This document shows positions 60,601-64,000 of a stretch of DNA of 64,000 bases, piece by piece (positions within the stretch are counted from its first letter, which is position 1; each line of letters opens with the position of its first letter). The DNA comes from Guillardia theta CCMP2712 (taxonomy: Eukaryota > Protista > Cryptophyta). A program made the translations under genes and the position numbers. The DNA is taken from assembly GCF_000315625.1 (NCBI RefSeq), contig NW_005434638.1, positions 189,300 through 253,299 on the forward strand, written 5' to 3'. The notes under the pieces were generated by a model. That model was not told the origin of the DNA. It worked only from the letters and a program-made list of their open reading frames with translations, and did not search any database.

Positions 60601-63600
60601 AGAAAGTCCAACACCTCGACCAAAGTAAACCGAAGAGGCATTGGCTGACAAGACACCGACCGATTGAATCTGATTGACGTTGCTCGCGTTCCCATTTTGC
60701 CAATTCAAAACATCACCTCTGTACAACCATTGAGAACTCAACTGCGTGGCATTGCATTCTACTGTCTGATTAGGACAAGATATCAACAAATTCAATCTCT
60801 TGTTGGTGTTCTCTTGTGAGGAATAAACCACAGCAATGGTAGAAATCGCTCTGTTCCCGAAGTCGTACGTCCCGCTGCTCTCCCTCCCCCCGTCTAGACT
60901 GCTCCAGTGATCCAAGATCAGCTCGTTGTCTACCCACACCTTCACCCGCTCGCTCCCGCTCCCTACCCGCCCGTAGAAAGTGTACACCTCCCCTCCCTCC
61001 GGCCGCATGAAGCCTCCCCACCGTATGCTGAAGCCCGCGTAGTTGGATATGCTCGAGCCGGGGGGAGGGGAGCCAGGGGCTGCGGAGAAGTCCATGTCGG
61101 GGACGGGAGCAGACTTGACAGCGAAGGCGGGGTCAAGGTCGGGAGAGTCGTAGTAGGTGGCATAAAGAGACTGTGAAGCGAGGAGTGAGACGTATAAAGA
61201 ATGTACTGTGGCTCGCGTGACCAAAACTGAGTCGGAGTAATAACCTGCCAATTGGTAACCAACTTGCTGAGACGTGCTTTGACCAGGGATGAATATATTG
61301 GTTCGAACAAAGCTCGAGAAGTATTGCAAATCTGATAACATGATTGTCATGACGATGTACGACTGATCCCTAGTTATTAGATTTGCATAAGAATCCTTCA
61401 AAGAGATTGAGAATGATAAAGTGCTTCCTGCAAGTTGGGAAGACAAGAAGTTTGAGGTAACGATACTCTGCAAGATATCTTGCGTGCTTGAAGATACTAG
61501 AACCTCGAATGGACTGTTCGCTACTGACCCCACTGGGCACAGAATCTGAGCTTCGGACATACTCTGAAAGTCAAATCTATCGGCAATCTTCCATTCCAAA
61601 TCGAGAGATGGTCGCAACAACCCATTGTATTCAATTTGTAGTTCGTGCCACGTATCTGGAGCGAGAGTTATGTTGCTGATGGAGATTCCTGTAGCCCACA
61701 TGAGCTGGGAATCCACATAAAGGCTTGCTGTGATGGAATTCGCCAATTGGAAGTGGTAGTCCCTGCAAGAGCCGCATGGCACCCTAGACAGCAAGGCAAA
61801 TGGTATTGTTTCCTGGGATGTTGAGATTGAGTTCCACTTGAAGTCGAAGAAACTTAGATTAGCATACAGGAATTCAAGCTGAATGTTATAGTAAACATCC
61901 GTTGACCTTCCGAAGTCGTACGTCCCGCTGCTCTCCCTCCCCCCGTCTAGACTGCTCCAGTGATCCAAGATCAGCTCGTTGTCTACCCACATCTTCACCC
62001 GCTCGCTCCCGCTCCCTACTCGCCCGTAGAAAGTGTACACCTCCCCTCGCTCTGCCTTGATGAAACCAGCCCACTTTGAAAAGATTGTTCCATTCAGGAG
62101 CATGCCGCTTGCATTGTTCTCTAAGTGATAAGAAGATTGCACGGAGACAACTTGAGGCAGAAACAAGGAACCGGAAGACTGATAGTAAGTTGCCCAGAGC
62201 CCTGAATCATCCGGCAAACTCTTAAAGTAGCCTGAATATTGAAACACCAGTGGTTGATTCACTGTAATTTGCGAGTCCTGAACAAGAAATCTCTGAGAGT
62301 AAAGAGTCAGAAAGGGAGAATTGCCAGCGACTGTGTTCGCTGTGAAGACATCGACCTTCAAACAACCATCCTTTGCACCTTCCAAATTCAACACCCGCAA
62401 CCCGCTCTTCTCTGTTAAGGCTGCACCATAGATCTCTCCATCGTGTATATCAGAGGATAGCACCCTTGTATCTCCAAAGAACTTTGACATGATAGTCAGA
62501 TTTCTGTCAGGAGACGGGTTTCCGTAAGCGTCGTTGATGAAAATCGAGAAAGTGGATTGAGCCCCAGCGGTAGCGAGGGTCAAGTACATCCCTTGAGCTA
62601 GACAAGCCCCAGTGCATGCTGCTGAAGGGTTGACAGTCAAGTTCTGTGGGAAACCCTGAAAGAGCCCCTGAGCAATGAACGCTGAAGACGGAACCAGGGA
62701 AAAGGCGGCTCCTCCTACCTGCCATTGAAGCTCCAGATCATAATTTGCCGCGCACCGAACGTTCGCTTCTACTCTGATGGGATAGAAGGATGAAGTCGTA
62801 GGAAACGTGTAAGGGAACCTCACTTCAAGACTTGCCAATGACGACCATGAGTCAACAAGCAATTGATCATCTATCCACAGGCGCATCCTCTCTTCAATGC
62901 TATTTGCTTTCAAGGAGAAGTTGTACGTCTGTCCTAATACGGGGACAATCGATCCTTGATATCTGAAGCTGAAGGATTGACCTCTGAGCAGATTGCTTCC
63001 TGTCGGAACTCCATTGCAACTACAAACAGATCTAGTGCAAAGGTTGACGTTGGGCACTCCTTCTACCAGTGATGCTTTTGGCGAAGTAAGGTTAAGACTC
63101 TGATAGTACGTCGCTGACAGACTTCCAGGATAGAGAAAGGACACATCGACATCGTAACGTCCTGCATGGGTCAACAGATATGAAATGCTGCAGTCTGCTG
63201 AGGTTGAAACAGACTGATTCTGATAGTCATACGCAGCTTGAGAGATCTGAAAATAACGCGAATATTCACACGTATCGATACTGTTTCCATACTGGTCTCT
63301 CGTCCTCACAGCAAACTGTGACAGCGTTCCAGCAGTTGTCAGCGACAATTCATTGCCGTATGCTTGAGACAATGTGGGACTGCTGATAGACGGGTTGACA
63401 GTAGTCTTGTATGGACTAGCATTGATGGGATAGGAGAAGAAGAGATTGTTGGAGGTGATCGAAACAAAACCTTCAGTCACCAGCGCATTCTTCCATCGCA
63501 ATGATAGTCCGCTACTCAATGTTGAAGTGGAGTAGTCGGCTTCAAAGTAGAACAGACTGGTCGATTTGAACGTGTAGTTTGACTGCAAAGTTAAAGATTG

Positions 63601-64000
63601 CAAGCTGTCCCACTGGTCCACGAAGATGAAGTTATCAATCCAAATGCGTACACGATCATTGACTGACAACAACGTCAACTCAAAGGTCCGTGAAAGACTC
63701 GATGAAATCTGAAGGAATCCTGTCAAATGGGCATTCAAACTATTCCAATCGGAAGGGATTTCCAGGTTTGACACGTTGAAAGACAGAGAACTCAACGACT
63801 GTGTGATCGTTGCTACCGAATCAGCAGATGAAACAGCCGCCGTGATGCCTCCAACTTCTGTCAACGAACAGAATATGTTGTAAGAGCCTGCGATGTTGAC
63901 ATTTTGGATGATGAAAGCCCACAAACCAGCAGAGAAGTAGGACGCTGTGCTTCTGACAGCTTTTGCAGACTTTGTCTCGATTGCAAACTCAACGATAATC
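33689..64000 (-). CDS. Giant (~10,000 aa in window, 5'-incomplete) filamin-Ig/PA14 + IPT/TIG-repeat + fibrinogen-like protein, probably extracellular
   Basis: The frame is open from 63999. In-frame GT-AG introns 50854-50903 (50 bp), 38799-38847 (49 bp, CTAAC branch-like) and 35197-35246 (50 bp) join the 4348, 4028, 1192 and 369 aa ORFs (junction peptides FDGLGSLYY, GTGKDVVM, SAPVITATM). Five small 3' exons end GLGVLIQEVSIYTRDIR* at 33689. Confidence 0.88.
35000..53900 (-). repeat. Protein-level array of ~90-aa IPT/TIG-like repeats (about 65-70, estimated from length)
   Basis: Recurrent N.PT.G...TI.G.NFG.......IG.T.C..T.W.SD.SI.C...G.G....V.V......FSYD.P. Confidence 0.85.
40385..41433 (-). 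repeat. Two 485-bp near-identical patches (40385-40869 and 40949-41433)
   Basis: Offset 564; three mismatches seen; the 79-bp spacer is not duplicated. Confidence 0.93.
53930..63999 (-). repeat. Protein-level array of filamin-type Ig repeats with ~13 PA14-like domains
   Basis: Recurrent GxxLSLATAGxxSxFxIxxRDxYGN ... GSPFxVxV (filamin-like) and GLxATYY...FSIRWxGFI...YTF...ERVKLWID..LIIDQW (PA14-like). Confidence 0.85.
58843..62048 (-). repeat. 303-bp patch at 58843-59145 and 60859-61161, plus a 137-bp partial copy at 61912-62048
   Basis: Encodes ATYYDSPDLDPAF...GGRESSGTYDF. No mismatch seen between the full copies; two mismatches in the partial copy. Confidence 0.95.

Noticed and set aside
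33233-63924. Treating the 4348, 4028, 1192 and 369 aa ORFs as separate genes or as programmed frameshifts
   Set aside because: Each junction has a canonical ~50-bp GT-AG intron that restores the frame.

Overview
Gene-dense eukaryotic nuclear DNA with many short (~45-60 bp) GT-AG introns, so the ORF track fragments most genes. The style (small introns, GA/CT-rich intergenic tracts, IPT/TIG-rich proteins) suggests a protist or alga such as a cryptophyte; this is inference only. Left half, in order: CEP164-like WW protein (-), UFD2/UBE4 U-box ligase (+), Rae1-like WD40 with an FG-repeat leader (-), a large Q/E/K low-complexity protein with an internal ~0.8-kb duplication and a 24-bp coding minisatellite (+), a divergent kinesin motor (-), ZIP7-like transporter (-), CCT8 (+), Yippee (-), a multi-pass receptor-like protein with GPS-like/EGF/IPT/Cys-rich ectodomain (+), and a stand-alone aspartate kinase of the LysC-LysA fusion type (-). 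The right half (33689-64000, minus strand) is one giant gene: four long ORFs join in frame through 49-50 bp introns. It encodes about 10,000 aa in the window and is still open at the window edge. Its architecture is filamin-type Ig repeats with inserted PA14 domains (one nested inside another), then roughly 65-70 IPT/TIG-like repeats, then a fibrinogen-like C-terminus with no visible TM anchor. Sharply bounded, near-identical GC-rich patches inside otherwise diverged repeats suggest gene conversion. No rRNA, tRNA, CRISPR or transposase was recognised. All exon models were built by eye.
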